A DNA stretch of 55,277 nucleotides from Candidatus Neomicrothrix sp. UBA672 (GTDB lineage Bacteria; Actinomycetota; Acidimicrobiia; Acidimicrobiales; MedAcidi-G1): the NCBI GenBank assembly GCA_002299135.1, contig DBNM01000122.1, positions 1 through 55,277 on the forward strand. Direction: 5' to 3'. The notes under the pieces were generated by a model, which was not told where the DNA came from, ran no database searches, and saw nothing but the letters and a program-made list of their open reading frames with translations. Of this stretch, positions 43,969 through 53,537 are shown piece after piece (within the stretch, counting starts at the first letter, position 1; each line of letters begins with the position of its first letter). The position numbers and the translations under genes are program-made.

Positions 43969-45195
43969 GTGTTTTCAGTTGATATGCGTTCACGTTTGGA
44001 TAGCGATGCGGAGCAGATCGATTCAGAAGTTTGGATAAATGATCAATTACCATTTCTTTTAGAACAAAACTCTTTTATTGCTTACGAAGGTGCTCAAATT
44101 CTGGGGTGCGGACCATTAGGCATTAGGGTTTCACAAAAATCATTTACTCTTACTCCTATAGAAGGAGTAATCAAACTAGATATGGGTGTATCTAATGCCT
44201 CTGTAGTAGTTGATTTAGATGAGATTTCATTTTCTGATTTGGTGCAAGACATACAGACTCCTCAATCATTAGCTACTTCCAAAGTGATTAACCTACCTTT
44301 GAAGGAGCATTTTAGATTTTTAAAGTGGTGGCCTGTTCTTAGAGCGATAATTGATGGTAGGTCAGTTCATAAACCAGGTGAGATTGACTTCTTGAATCAA
44401 GACGGAAGCCCTCTTGATTTGAACAGATCTTTTACTCAGGAAGATTCGGACGAAGAAATTTCGTGGTTTTTATCGCAAACCGGTTATTTGCATCTCAGAG
44501 GATGGTGGAGTCAAGAGTTAATGATGGAAATTTCTAACGATATGGATAACGCCATAGGAAAATATGAGAGAGGTGACGGTAGATCTTGGTGGGCGAAGAC
44601 GAAGGATGGAAAAGATCACTGTGTCCGTCTTCAGTATTTCCAGAGCGAATCGGAATCCGTGAAAGGACTTCTTACCGATGAGCGACACGAGAGGATTGCT
44701 ACGATACCTGGAGATGGACACACCATTGGGTGGGATGGAAGTAATGATCAGAATGCAATTGAAGCTTTAGTTAAACCAATAGGAGTGGTTGAGGGGATCT
44801 CTGATCTTCCTTGGCATAAAGACTGCAGTCTTGGAAGACATTCCTATGACTGTTCGTCTATGACGGTCGGAGTTTCAGTTACAGGAGCAGATTCTGGAAG
44901 TGGTCAATTATCAGTGGTAGCAGGTTCACACAGGGCTAATTTGCAACCTAATTTTATTCATCCTTATCTTGATCTACCCATGATTGATTTGCCTACCAAA
45001 ACAGGTGATGTGACAGTTCATTTATCATGCACACTACATATGAGTCATCCTCCTGTAGAAAGAGAAAGACGAGTTATGTATACAAGTTTTGTTTTGCCTC
45101 ACAAAGGTAAAAAAATTGGTATGGATCGGATTTCAAAAGTGAGAGAAGAGGCTTATATGAAAGTAAGTCAAGCTCCGGCTCACAAAATGGATTAA
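43969..45195 (+). CDS. PhyH-family Fe(II)/2-oxoglutarate dioxygenase with an N-terminal extension
   Basis: LPWHKD (HxD), VVAGSH, GDVTVH..CTLH and ERRV motifs. Confidence 0.85.
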   Translation: MFSVDMRSRLDSDAEQIDSEVWINDQLPFLLEQNSFIAYEGAQILGCGPLGIRVSQKSFTLTPIEGVIKLDMGVSNASVVVDLDEISFSDLVQDIQTPQSLATSKVINLPLKEHFRFLKWWPVLRAIIDGRSVHKPGEIDFLNQDGSPLDLNRSFTQEDSDEEISWFLSQTGYLHLRGWWSQELMMEISNDMDNAIGKYERGDGRSWWAKTKDGKDHCVRLQYFQSESESVKGLLTDERHERIATIPGDGHTIGWDGSNDQNAIEALVKPIGVVEGISDLPWHKDCSLGRHSYDCSSMTVGVSVTGADSGSGQLSVVAGSHRANLQPNFIHPYLDLPMIDLPTKTGDVTVHLSCTLHMSHPPVERERRVMYTSFVLPHKGKKIGMDRISKVREEAYMKVSQAPAHKMD

Positions 45196-46586
45196 TCTCC
45201 CCGTAATAGATGGGCAATAAGCATTGCGCTTTTGCTGGTTTTGTTTGTCCGTGTTTCCGAAACATCTGCTGAACCCATGAGACGACGACTGGTGCGAACT
45301 CCCAACCAACGTAAAGGTTCAGGCTCCCAGCGTCTCGACTTTACACCTACCCAAGGCAGTGTAACTCTTTCAGTGTCATGCCTTAGGATCAACTCTGCCA
45401 TCGTTCTACCCGCTAAATTCGCTGCTGCGACTCCTTCTCCTACGTACCCGCCAAGCACTCCTAGTCCGGAAGAAGGATCAAAACGTAGTCCTGGAAGCCA
45501 GTTTCTTGGAATTGCGATCACTCCACCCCAACGGTGGGTGATTTTGAAATCACGAAGAGGTGGGAGTAGGTCGATTAATGTTTGATGGATTAATTCGTGG
45601 GATTTTTTGTTTACTTCTGCAGTTTTTCTGATTTCTGAGCCAAAGAGATAGGGTGGCATACCCTGACCACCAAAAGCGATGCGATTATCTTCAGTGCGTT
45701 GACCGTAGATAACTATGTATCTTCCATCAGCAAATGTAGGCCTATTCTTTAGTCCTATTTCTTCGAAGACTTTTTCATCAAGAGGTTCTGTAGCAATCAT
45801 TCTTGAGTAAACAGGTAATAAATCAAGTTTGTGTCCTTTTAGGTTGCGGGTGTATGCCTCAGTTGCTTGAACTATTACTTCTGATTTCACTAATCCATGA
45901 TCTGTTGTTACTTCATTTTTAGAGATATTAATTGCTTTAGTTGATTCGACGATTTGCCCACCTAATTTTTCAACTGCTATTGCTAACCCTCTTACCAAAC
46001 GAGCAGGATCAATTGTTGCTGAAGGTGCGAAGAAAATCCCAGAGAGAACTTTTGTGGCGTTTAAATAAGTGAGTGCTTCATCGCGTTCAAGAAAGCGTAT
46101 TACATCTTCACCAAACCCATTTTCACGGGCAGATTTAATTTCATCACGTTGCCTTTGAGCTTGAGGTTGATTACGAGCCACGCTTATAACACCGCCCTTT
46201 ATAAAACCACAATTGATGCCCTCTTTATGTGTAATTCTTTCAACTTCATCTACAGCATCGAACATTGCTCTTTCAAGTCGCTTAGCTTCACTTTTTGATG
46301 ATTTTGCAGCGTATTTCTCAGTACCACCTGCTAGAGCACCTTCACACCATCCGCCATTACGGCCTGACGCTCCAAAGCCACAGTACTCACTCTCAATTAC
46401 TAGAACGTTTAAGTTTGGATTGGAGGCCAACAAATAATAAGCAGTCCAAAGACCACTGAACCCACCGCCGACTATCGCAACATCAACTGAAAGGTCTCCA
46501 CTAAGTGGGGACCGCTTAGTGACAGGTGGGTCAAGAGTGTCGAGCCAAAGGGAGTCAGGTTGTTGTGAAGGTAAGGAAGACATCAC
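45192..46586 (-). CDS. FAD-dependent amine oxidoreductase (DAO family, PuuB/OrdL-like)
   Basis: SLWL, DVAIVGGGFSGLWTAY, GFGASGRNGGW, MIATEPL, THRWGG, GYVGEGV and WEPEPLRW motifs. Confidence 0.88.
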   Translation of the reverse strand: MMSSLPSQQPDSLWLDTLDPPVTKRSPLSGDLSVDVAIVGGGFSGLWTAYYLLASNPNLNVLVIESEYCGFGASGRNGGWCEGALAGGTEKYAAKSSKSEAKRLERAMFDAVDEVERITHKEGINCGFIKGGVISVARNQPQAQRQRDEIKSARENGFGEDVIRFLERDEALTYLNATKVLSGIFFAPSATIDPARLVRGLAIAVEKLGGQIVESTKAINISKNEVTTDHGLVKSEVIVQATEAYTRNLKGHKLDLLPVYSRMIATEPLDEKVFEEIGLKNRPTFADGRYIVIYGQRTEDNRIAFGGQGMPPYLFGSEIRKTAEVNKKSHELIHQTLIDLLPPLRDFKITHRWGGVIAIPRNWLPGLRFDPSSGLGVLGGYVGEGVAAANLAGRTMAELILRHDTERVTLPWVGVKSRRWEPEPLRWLGVRTSRRLMGSADVSETRTNKTSKSAMLIAHLLRGD

Positions 46587-46699
46587 TTACATGCAACTCT
46601 AAACCTCTAAAAATAGCAAGTAATTGGAATTTGAAGCCGGCTAGCACCGAGACTTCTAAATAGGTAGCCTGATATTAGGTCAACAGAATAGAAGAACAT

Positions 46700-47929
46700 A
46701 TGATTCCTGCCCTATTACATGCCTTTTCGAAACCAACTTCTGAGAATTTTCATACGCTTGTCCGTTCTGAAGGGGTTCGAGTTTGGGATGACAAAGGTAA
46801 CGAATACATCGATGGGCTTGGTGGACTCTGGTATTGCCAGATAGGTCATGGAAGACCTGAGTTGATTGATGCAATAACTGAGCAATTACAAAAAATGAGT
46901 TCGTATCACACTTTTGCTCCTATGGGGAGCGATGTATCAGATGCAGCAGCTGAAAGAATCCGTTCTGTTTCACCTTTTCCAGATGGTCGTGTTTTTCTCT
47001 GTTGTTCGGGTTCTGAATCAATTGATACTGCAATAAAACTATTGAGAAAAATACCTATATTAAGAAAACAATCAGAACGTCAAATCATCTTGAGGCGTGG
47101 GCGCGGTTATCACGGTGTAAATATTGGCGGAACTACTATGCAGGGAATCTCGGCTAATCGAGAAGGCTGGGGTGAATTGTTTCCAAATGTAATAGAGATT
47201 GATCCAACGAATATTGAATCTGCTGCCTCAATATTTGCAGAATATGGTGAACAAATAGCAGGAGTTGTAACTGAACCACTGCAAGGTGCTGGAGGAGTTT
47301 TCCCACCACCGTCTGGGTATCTCGAAGGTTTGAGAAGGTTATGCAATGATTACGGAGCACTTCTTGTCTTTGATGAAGTAATTACTGGTTTTGGTCGAAC
47401 TGGCAATTGGTTTGCCTCTGATACTTATGGTGTGAAACCCGACATCATAACTTTCGCAAAAGGTGTCACAAGCGGTTACCAGCCTTTAGGTGGAGTATTA
47501 CTCAGTAGGACAGTTTGTGATGTGCTTGAATCTGATCCAGATTTCACATTTATGCACGGTTATACCTATAGCGGACACCCGGCAGCATCGGCAGCTGCTA
47601 TAGCGAATATAAATATCATCGAAGACGAAGGATTAGTTCAGAGGGCAGAAGTCATAGGCGACAGACTTTCTGGAGGACTTAAAGCTTTAGAGAAAGATGG
47701 AATTTTTTCTGAAGTACGAGGTGTGGGAGCTATATGGGCTGCCCAGGTTACTGATGCATCAACTGAGCAGGGTTTAGTCATACGCGACAAGATGACTGAA
47801 ATGGGAGTGATCTGTCGGGCCATAAATGGAGCGTTGGCGTTTTGTCCGCCATTAGTGATAGAAGAAAATGATATTGATTCAATTATTGATACTGCTGCAA
47901 AAGCAGTTGAAGAGGTTACCGCAAAGTGA
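46700..47929 (+). CDS. Class III (omega) aminotransferase, SpuC-like
   Basis: YIDGLGGLW, SGSES, GYHG, EPLQGAGGV, FDEVITGFGRTG, TFAKGVTSGY and HGYTYSGHP motifs. Confidence 0.93.
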   Translation: MIPALLHAFSKPTSENFHTLVRSEGVRVWDDKGNEYIDGLGGLWYCQIGHGRPELIDAITEQLQKMSSYHTFAPMGSDVSDAAAERIRSVSPFPDGRVFLCCSGSESIDTAIKLLRKIPILRKQSERQIILRRGRGYHGVNIGGTTMQGISANREGWGELFPNVIEIDPTNIESAASIFAEYGEQIAGVVTEPLQGAGGVFPPPSGYLEGLRRLCNDYGALLVFDEVITGFGRTGNWFASDTYGVKPDIITFAKGVTSGYQPLGGVLLSRTVCDVLESDPDFTFMHGYTYSGHPAASAAAIANINIIEDEGLVQRAEVIGDRLSGGLKALEKDGIFSEVRGVGAIWAAQVTDASTEQGLVIRDKMTEMGVICRAINGALAFCPPLVIEENDIDSIIDTAAKAVEEVTAK

Positions 47930-49020
47930 AACGTCCACCCATAAGAATTCTTGAGCTTTCTGGAACACCTGAAAGTATCGGTCATGAGCATGGGAAGACT
48001 TTTGCAGACGAGATCCGAGCTTATACAAAAGATAGGATCAACCTAGTTTCTTCAGGTTTGTGGTCGGGTGGATCAATATCGGAAACTGAAGTTATAGAAC
48101 TTGCTGAATCTATGCTGCCAGCCCATCGAAAATTTGATGAAGATTTGCACGCGGAGATGTTGGCTCTTGCTAATGCTGCTGGGATTTCGCCAGCAGAAGC
48201 GGTAATAGTTGGAGGTTTTACGGACTTTGTTGATGCTGTAAGAGCGACAATAGGAGTGGAAATACCTGGAGAACTTCAAGAAGATGATTGCACATCAATG
48301 ATTATTCCTGATTCTCGAGCTGATGGTTCAGGATTTTTAGCTCAAACATGGGACATGCATGACACAGCAACTGATCATGTGTTACTTCTAAAGATTACTC
48401 CTACCGATCAACCCGCCAGTCTGATATTTACTACTGTGGGGTGTCTTGGGCAGCTGGGAATGAATAATGCAGGTGTTGCTGTCGGTATTAATAATCTCAC
48501 CTGTCTAGATGGAAAATGTGGTGTCACTTGGACTTCAGTAGTTAGGGGCATGTTGAAAGCTGAAAGATCAACTGATGCTTTGAATGTGCTTCTTGAAGCT
48601 GATCTTGCAGGCGCTCATAACTATTTGATATTTGACAGTTCTGGTGACGGCTACAACATTGAAGCTATGCCTTCTGTCAGACCTGTTAACACACTTGGTC
48701 CAGATCCATTAGTTCATACGAACCATACGATTCAATCTGAATCCAGCGATGTTCAAGCTGACCGTGATGCTTCTCTTTTAGAAAACTCAGTTCGTCGTTT
48801 AGAAAAGGCTCAAAAAATTTTAGAAGAAGGAATTATTGATTCAGATCGTTTAATGACACTTACGCGAGATCCTGAAGCAATTTGTCAAACTGCTAAAGAA
48901 CCATATTTTATTGAATCTAGTGGTGCAGCAATTATGAGACCAGCTACTCAAGACTTTTGGGCATGTTGGGGTAGACCAGCTGAGAACGAATATCAACGCG
49001 TTGACTGGTTCCATGGATAA
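47926..49020 (+). CDS. C45 family autoproteolytic Ntn acyltransferase/amidohydrolase
   Basis: LSGTPESIGHEHG, EDDCTS (Cys122 nucleophile), AQTWD, GMNNAGVAVGINNL, HNYL and HTNH motifs. Confidence 0.88.
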   Translation: MKRPPIRILELSGTPESIGHEHGKTFADEIRAYTKDRINLVSSGLWSGGSISETEVIELAESMLPAHRKFDEDLHAEMLALANAAGISPAEAVIVGGFTDFVDAVRATIGVEIPGELQEDDCTSMIIPDSRADGSGFLAQTWDMHDTATDHVLLLKITPTDQPASLIFTTVGCLGQLGMNNAGVAVGINNLTCLDGKCGVTWTSVVRGMLKAERSTDALNVLLEADLAGAHNYLIFDSSGDGYNIEAMPSVRPVNTLGPDPLVHTNHTIQSESSDVQADRDASLLENSVRRLEKAQKILEEGIIDSDRLMTLTRDPEAICQTAKEPYFIESSGAAIMRPATQDFWACWGRPAENEYQRVDWFHG

Positions 49021-49678
49021 AGAACCGTTTATTCATTTGGGTGAAACTTCAGGAATCAGATATATGAATCCTCTAGTTGATTGGGTGGTAGGCATGACTC
49101 AATTGGAACTGTCGTCATTTCCTACCTCTGACCCCGAAGACCTTTATAACGAGAGCGAACTAAAAGCATTGATTGAAGATTTTTCGGAAGGATGTTTTGT
49201 CGGTTTTGACCAAGAGAACATAGTCGCTATGGGGCTCGGTATTAGAGTCCACTTTGATCTTGAGAAACCTCTTCACACAGTGCATGACATAGTTCCCGGT
49301 AATGGAACTTCTGGACATCATCAGGACGGAGATTGGTATTACGGCACTTCAATAGCGGTAAGTCAGCAATATCGGAAACGTGGTATTGGAAACGAGCTTT
49401 ACAAGCTAAGAAAAGAAGTTTGCCAGTGTTTTAATCTCCGAGGAATTGTTGCTGGAGGAGTTATGCCTGGATACGTCGACCACAAGAATGATTATTCAGC
49501 GGATGAATATATAGAACTAGTTCGGAAAGGTGAAATTTATGACCCTACTCTTACGTTCCAGAGGGATAACGGGTTTCAACTTGTCTGTGCGTTACCTAAT
49601 TATATAGTTAACCCTGAGATTGATAATAACGCTGCATTAATAGTCTGGCAGAACCCCGACTATGAGGTGGTTAACTGA
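49013..49678 (+). CDS. GNAT N-acetyltransferase, YkwB-like
   Basis: IAVSQQYRKRGIG acyl-CoA loop, GGVMPGY, YDPTLTFQRDNGF and WQNPDY motifs. ATG at 49013 overlaps the C45 gene end. Confidence 0.88.
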   Translation: MDKEPFIHLGETSGIRYMNPLVDWVVGMTQLELSSFPTSDPEDLYNESELKALIEDFSEGCFVGFDQENIVAMGLGIRVHFDLEKPLHTVHDIVPGNGTSGHHQDGDWYYGTSIAVSQQYRKRGIGNELYKLRKEVCQCFNLRGIVAGGVMPGYVDHKNDYSADEYIELVRKGEIYDPTLTFQRDNGFQLVCALPNYIVNPEIDNNAALIVWQNPDYEVVN

Positions 49679-50652
49679 TGACCAATATCAATGAAGGGGA
49701 TCAAGCGTTCAGGAGCGATTCCTTAAAGGGGAAAGAATCGGAAATGCCTTTTGGAGGGGCTCTTTCTTTTCTCCGAAGAAAGTACACAAGAGAAATTGAT
49801 TCAGCTGACATTGTCGTGTCGGGTATACCATTCGATATGGCGACGTCGAATCGTCCAGGAGCTCGCTTCGGACCTAGAGCTCTAAGAGCGGCATCAGTAG
49901 GACTTGCTGAACTAGATGCATACCCATTCGGTTTCGACCCATTTGATTTTGTTGCTGTAGCAGATTATGGAGATTGCTATATCGATTATGGCTATCCACA
50001 GAATGCAACAGATTTAATTGAACGCCATGCTGACCAAATCTTAAACACAGACTCGATGATGGTAAGTATGGGAGGCGATCATTATGTTACTTACCCACTT
50101 TTAAAGGCTCATGCAAAAAAGTTTGGACCCTTGTCTTTAATACATTTTGATGCCCATTGTGATACGTGGCCTGATGATGGAAATCGGCTAGACCATGGAT
50201 CGATGTTCCTTCGGGCTGTGCGTGAAGGAATAGTCGACCCAACAACTTCGGTTCAAATTGGTATTAGAACTCATAATGAGGACACATTTGGTTTCACTGT
50301 TTTGGGGGCTCCGTGGGTCCATAGAGAAGGCATTCCTGCAGTTATTGAAGTGATTAGAGAAATTGTTGGTGATAGATCAGCATATTTGACCTTCGACATT
50401 GATTGTTTAGACCCAGCATTTGCACCCGGGACTGGAACTCCTGTCGCTGGTGGTCTTAGCTCTGCTCAAGCCCTTGAAACGATACGTTCACTTGGAGAAT
50501 TCGAAATTGTGGGAATGGATCTTGTTGAAGTAGCTCCGCAATATGATGTTGGCGAAATCACGGCTATCGCTGGTGCCACGATTCTTCATGATTTCATTTG
50601 TTTACAGGCAGTTAAAGCTGGAGCTATTCCTTTACCTTTTGGAAGAGTTTAG
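49678..50652 (+). CDS. speB: Agmatinase (ureohydrolase)
   Basis: RPGARFGP, GGDH, HFDAHCD, DHGS, TFDIDCLDPAFAPGTG and DLVEVAP motifs. Confidence 0.88.
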   Translation: MTNINEGDQAFRSDSLKGKESEMPFGGALSFLRRKYTREIDSADIVVSGIPFDMATSNRPGARFGPRALRAASVGLAELDAYPFGFDPFDFVAVADYGDCYIDYGYPQNATDLIERHADQILNTDSMMVSMGGDHYVTYPLLKAHAKKFGPLSLIHFDAHCDTWPDDGNRLDHGSMFLRAVREGIVDPTTSVQIGIRTHNEDTFGFTVLGAPWVHREGIPAVIEVIREIVGDRSAYLTFDIDCLDPAFAPGTGTPVAGGLSSAQALETIRSLGEFEIVGMDLVEVAPQYDVGEITAIAGATILHDFICLQAVKAGAIPLPFGRV

Positions 50653-50692
50653 AATATGGAATCCGATTTCTACTTTAGAGAGATAAAACAAG

Positions 50693-51754
50693 ATGACTTC
50701 TGCAGTTGAGTTAAGTGGAATAACGAAACGGTTTGGTGATGTAGTTGCTGTTGACAATGTTGATTTGTCAATTGCAGATGGAGAGTTTTTCGCGATGTTG
50801 GGACCCAGCGGGTGTGGTAAAACAACAACTTTAAGACTGATCGCCGGTTTGGAATTTCCTACTGAAGGAAGTCTTTCAATTTTTGGTCAAGAAGTAGGGA
50901 CATTAACGCCTGATAAAAGACCAGTTAATACTGTGTTCCAAAATTATGCGCTATTTCCCCATCTAACCGTTTTAGAAAATGTTGGATTCGGTTTGAAAAT
51001 GCAAGGGGTTGACAAAGAAACAACGCGTAGTAGATCTATGGAAATGATTGAGCTGGTTCAACTCGATGGTTTAGCTAAAAGAAAACCTTCACAGATGTCA
51101 GGTGGACAGCAACAGCGAGTTGCGCTTGCTAGAGCTTTAGTCAATCAACCAAAAGTATTGCTTTTAGATGAGCCCTTAGGTGCACTTGATTTGAAGCTTC
51201 GACAAGAGATGCAACTTGAATTGAAGAAACTTCAGAGAGATGTTGGAATCAGTTTTGTTTTCGTGACACATGACCAAGAAGAAGCGCTCACAATGGCAGA
51301 CCGTATTGCGGTTATGGATGATGGTAAGTTGCTTCAAGTTGCTACACCTGAAGAAATATATGAACGTCCGGCAAACCGTTTTGTGGCTGATTTTATAGGT
51401 CAGACAAATTTGCTTGAAGGTACTGTTTCAGATGCAGAAACTGTGATTCTTGAAAACGGTATTTCTGTCAGAGCCAAAAATGGATTTACTGCAGGGACTC
51501 ATGTTGCGGTTAGTCTTCGACCTGAGCGTGCTCATATTCAATCTCAAGGTGAATTTGAAGAAGGTTGGTCACACGTAAATGGTTCTGTTGAAACAGTGAC
51601 CTATTTGGGCAACGCACTTATCTATGGCATAAAACTCGATTGGATGGATCTTGAGGTTCGTGAAGAAAACCACCCTGGGGTTGAGCTACACAGGCCAGGT
51701 GCAGAAATTACTGTCAGCTGGGACCCTGAAGCAATCTCTGTGGTTTCTGACTGA
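50693..51754 (+). CDS. potA: Polyamine ABC transporter ATPase
   Basis: GPSGCGKT, RPVNTVFQNYALFPH, MSGGQQQR, LLDEPLGALD and a TOBE tail. Confidence 0.93.
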   Translation: MTSAVELSGITKRFGDVVAVDNVDLSIADGEFFAMLGPSGCGKTTTLRLIAGLEFPTEGSLSIFGQEVGTLTPDKRPVNTVFQNYALFPHLTVLENVGFGLKMQGVDKETTRSRSMEMIELVQLDGLAKRKPSQMSGGQQQRVALARALVNQPKVLLLDEPLGALDLKLRQEMQLELKKLQRDVGISFVFVTHDQEEALTMADRIAVMDDGKLLQVATPEEIYERPANRFVADFIGQTNLLEGTVSDAETVILENGISVRAKNGFTAGTHVAVSLRPERAHIQSQGEFEEGWSHVNGSVETVTYLGNALIYGIKLDWMDLEVREENHPGVELHRPGAEITVSWDPEAISVVSD

Positions 51755-52656
51755 TGAAGACTGTAGTTAAAACAGATACTGAAACTGCGACTGCAACACC
51801 AGAATTTGAAAAGGCAGCACTTCGCCAAGAATCAAGACGTGGTCTCTTTCTCGCCCTGCCGGCTTATTTGTATTTGATTTTCTTTTTCGTAATTTCACTT
51901 TTCATCGTTTTTATTTACAGTTTTGCGACTCGAAACCGTTTTGGTGGCACTGATTTATCCGGATGGAATCTTGATAGCTATGCAAGAATTAGTGAACCCA
52001 TAGTTAGAGATGTCCTTTTTCGGTCCGTATGGCTTGCTTTTATTACCACAGTTATTTGTTTGGTTATCGCTTATCCTTTTGCTTACTTTCTTTCAACGCG
52101 TCGAGTTGCTGTAAGGAACGTCATGTTGGTATTTGTGATGATTCCGTTTTGGACAAATTTTCTAGTTCGTAATTTTGCATGGAGAGTCATACTAGGGAAT
52201 GACGGGCCACTAACTAATGCAACTGAATTTGTGGGTTTAGGTTCTGCAGAACTTTTGTTCACACAAACCGCAGTGGTATTGGGTCTTGTCTATGGCTATT
52301 TGCCTTTTATGATTCTTCCTCTGTACGCGGCTATAGAGAGAATAGATCGACGTTTATTAGAAGCAAGTAGGGATCTTTACGGGACAGGATTGCAATCTTT
52401 TCGACATGTGCTTTTCCCTCTGTCAATGCCGGGTGTAATAGCTGGATCAATCCTAGTTTTTGTGCCAAGTCTAGGAGCTTATGTGACACCAGAAATTTTA
52501 GGTGGAGCTAAAACCACATTACTTGGAAGCTATATCGTCACTCAGTTTCTCACCGCTAGAAATTGGCCTTTTGGTGCGGCGCTTTCTTTCGTTCTTATGT
52601 TAGTGATGTTAGTAACCACAATTGTTTACTTCCGAAAAGGTGGCAGGACGTTATGA
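51754..52656 (+). CDS. potB: Polyamine ABC transporter permease
   Basis: IPFWTNFLVR, YLPFMILPLY, EASRDL and NWPFGAA motifs. Confidence 0.92.
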   Translation: MKTVVKTDTETATATPEFEKAALRQESRRGLFLALPAYLYLIFFFVISLFIVFIYSFATRNRFGGTDLSGWNLDSYARISEPIVRDVLFRSVWLAFITTVICLVIAYPFAYFLSTRRVAVRNVMLVFVMIPFWTNFLVRNFAWRVILGNDGPLTNATEFVGLGSAELLFTQTAVVLGLVYGYLPFMILPLYAAIERIDRRLLEASRDLYGTGLQSFRHVLFPLSMPGVIAGSILVFVPSLGAYVTPEILGGAKTTLLGSYIVTQFLTARNWPFGAALSFVLMLVMLVTTIVYFRKGGRTL

Positions 52657-53483
52657 GCACCTCCGTGGAACCACGTGGTTGGGCTAAAGCAGCTTTACAT
52701 GTAAACGGTTGGTTCGTTTATATGTTTTTCTATGCACCCATAGTTTTACTAGTTATCTATTCATTTAGTAATAGTAGAAATGTAGGTACATGGGGAGGTT
52801 TCACACTCGATTGGTATCGTGATTTTTTTGATAGCTCGAATGCCCGTGGAGCATTATCAAATTCAGTGAAAATAGCGATTTTCTCTACCATCATTTCTGT
52901 CGCACTTGGAACTATGGCAGCGTTATCGCTCGAACGTTTTACATTCCGAGGAAAGAAAGTTTTTGATGCTCTTCTTTATTTGCCGATAATCATCCCTGAC
53001 GTAACTATGGCAGTAATGATGCTGCTGTTCTTTGGTGAATTTTTTGACGTCCTTGACGCTCTGTTTGGTCTTGGGCTACGAAAAGGTTTCTGGTCAATTT
53101 CAATAAGCCATATTGCCTTCAATATAAGTTTCGTATCAGTTGTAGTTCGGGCTCGTCTCGCTGGTATGGATACGGACTTGGAAGAGGCAGCAATCGACTT
53201 GTATGCCTCTAGATGGAAAGCTTTTCGTTATGTCACATTCCCACAGATAGTTCCTGGAATTGCGGGAGGTGCACTCTTAGCTATGACCTTGTCCCTTGAC
53301 GATGTTGTAATTACTCAGTTTGTTGCGGGTCCGGGTTGGACGACATTACCTGTCTATGTCTTTGGACTGATACGCAAGGGTGTAACTCCTCTAATTAATG
53401 CAGTTTCAGTGACGATGCTTGTGGTCTCAATGCTTTTGGTCGTGCTATCGATCGTCGCTCAACGAGTAAGAAGAAGTGGTTAA
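52653..53483 (+). CDS. potC: Polyamine ABC transporter permease
   Basis: YSFSNS, GFTLDWY, EEAAIDL, LSLDDVV and TLPVYV motifs. ATG at 52653 overlaps the potB stop. Confidence 0.92.
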   Translation: MSTSVEPRGWAKAALHVNGWFVYMFFYAPIVLLVIYSFSNSRNVGTWGGFTLDWYRDFFDSSNARGALSNSVKIAIFSTIISVALGTMAALSLERFTFRGKKVFDALLYLPIIIPDVTMAVMMLLFFGEFFDVLDALFGLGLRKGFWSISISHIAFNISFVSVVVRARLAGMDTDLEEAAIDLYASRWKAFRYVTFPQIVPGIAGGALLAMTLSLDDVVITQFVAGPGWTTLPVYVFGLIRKGVTPLINAVSVTMLVVSMLLVVLSIVAQRVRRSG

Positions 53484-53537
53484 GCGCTATTATCGCTTTT
53501 AAGTAGGTCTAGTTGGCCTCAGAGGGGAAAGAAAGAT

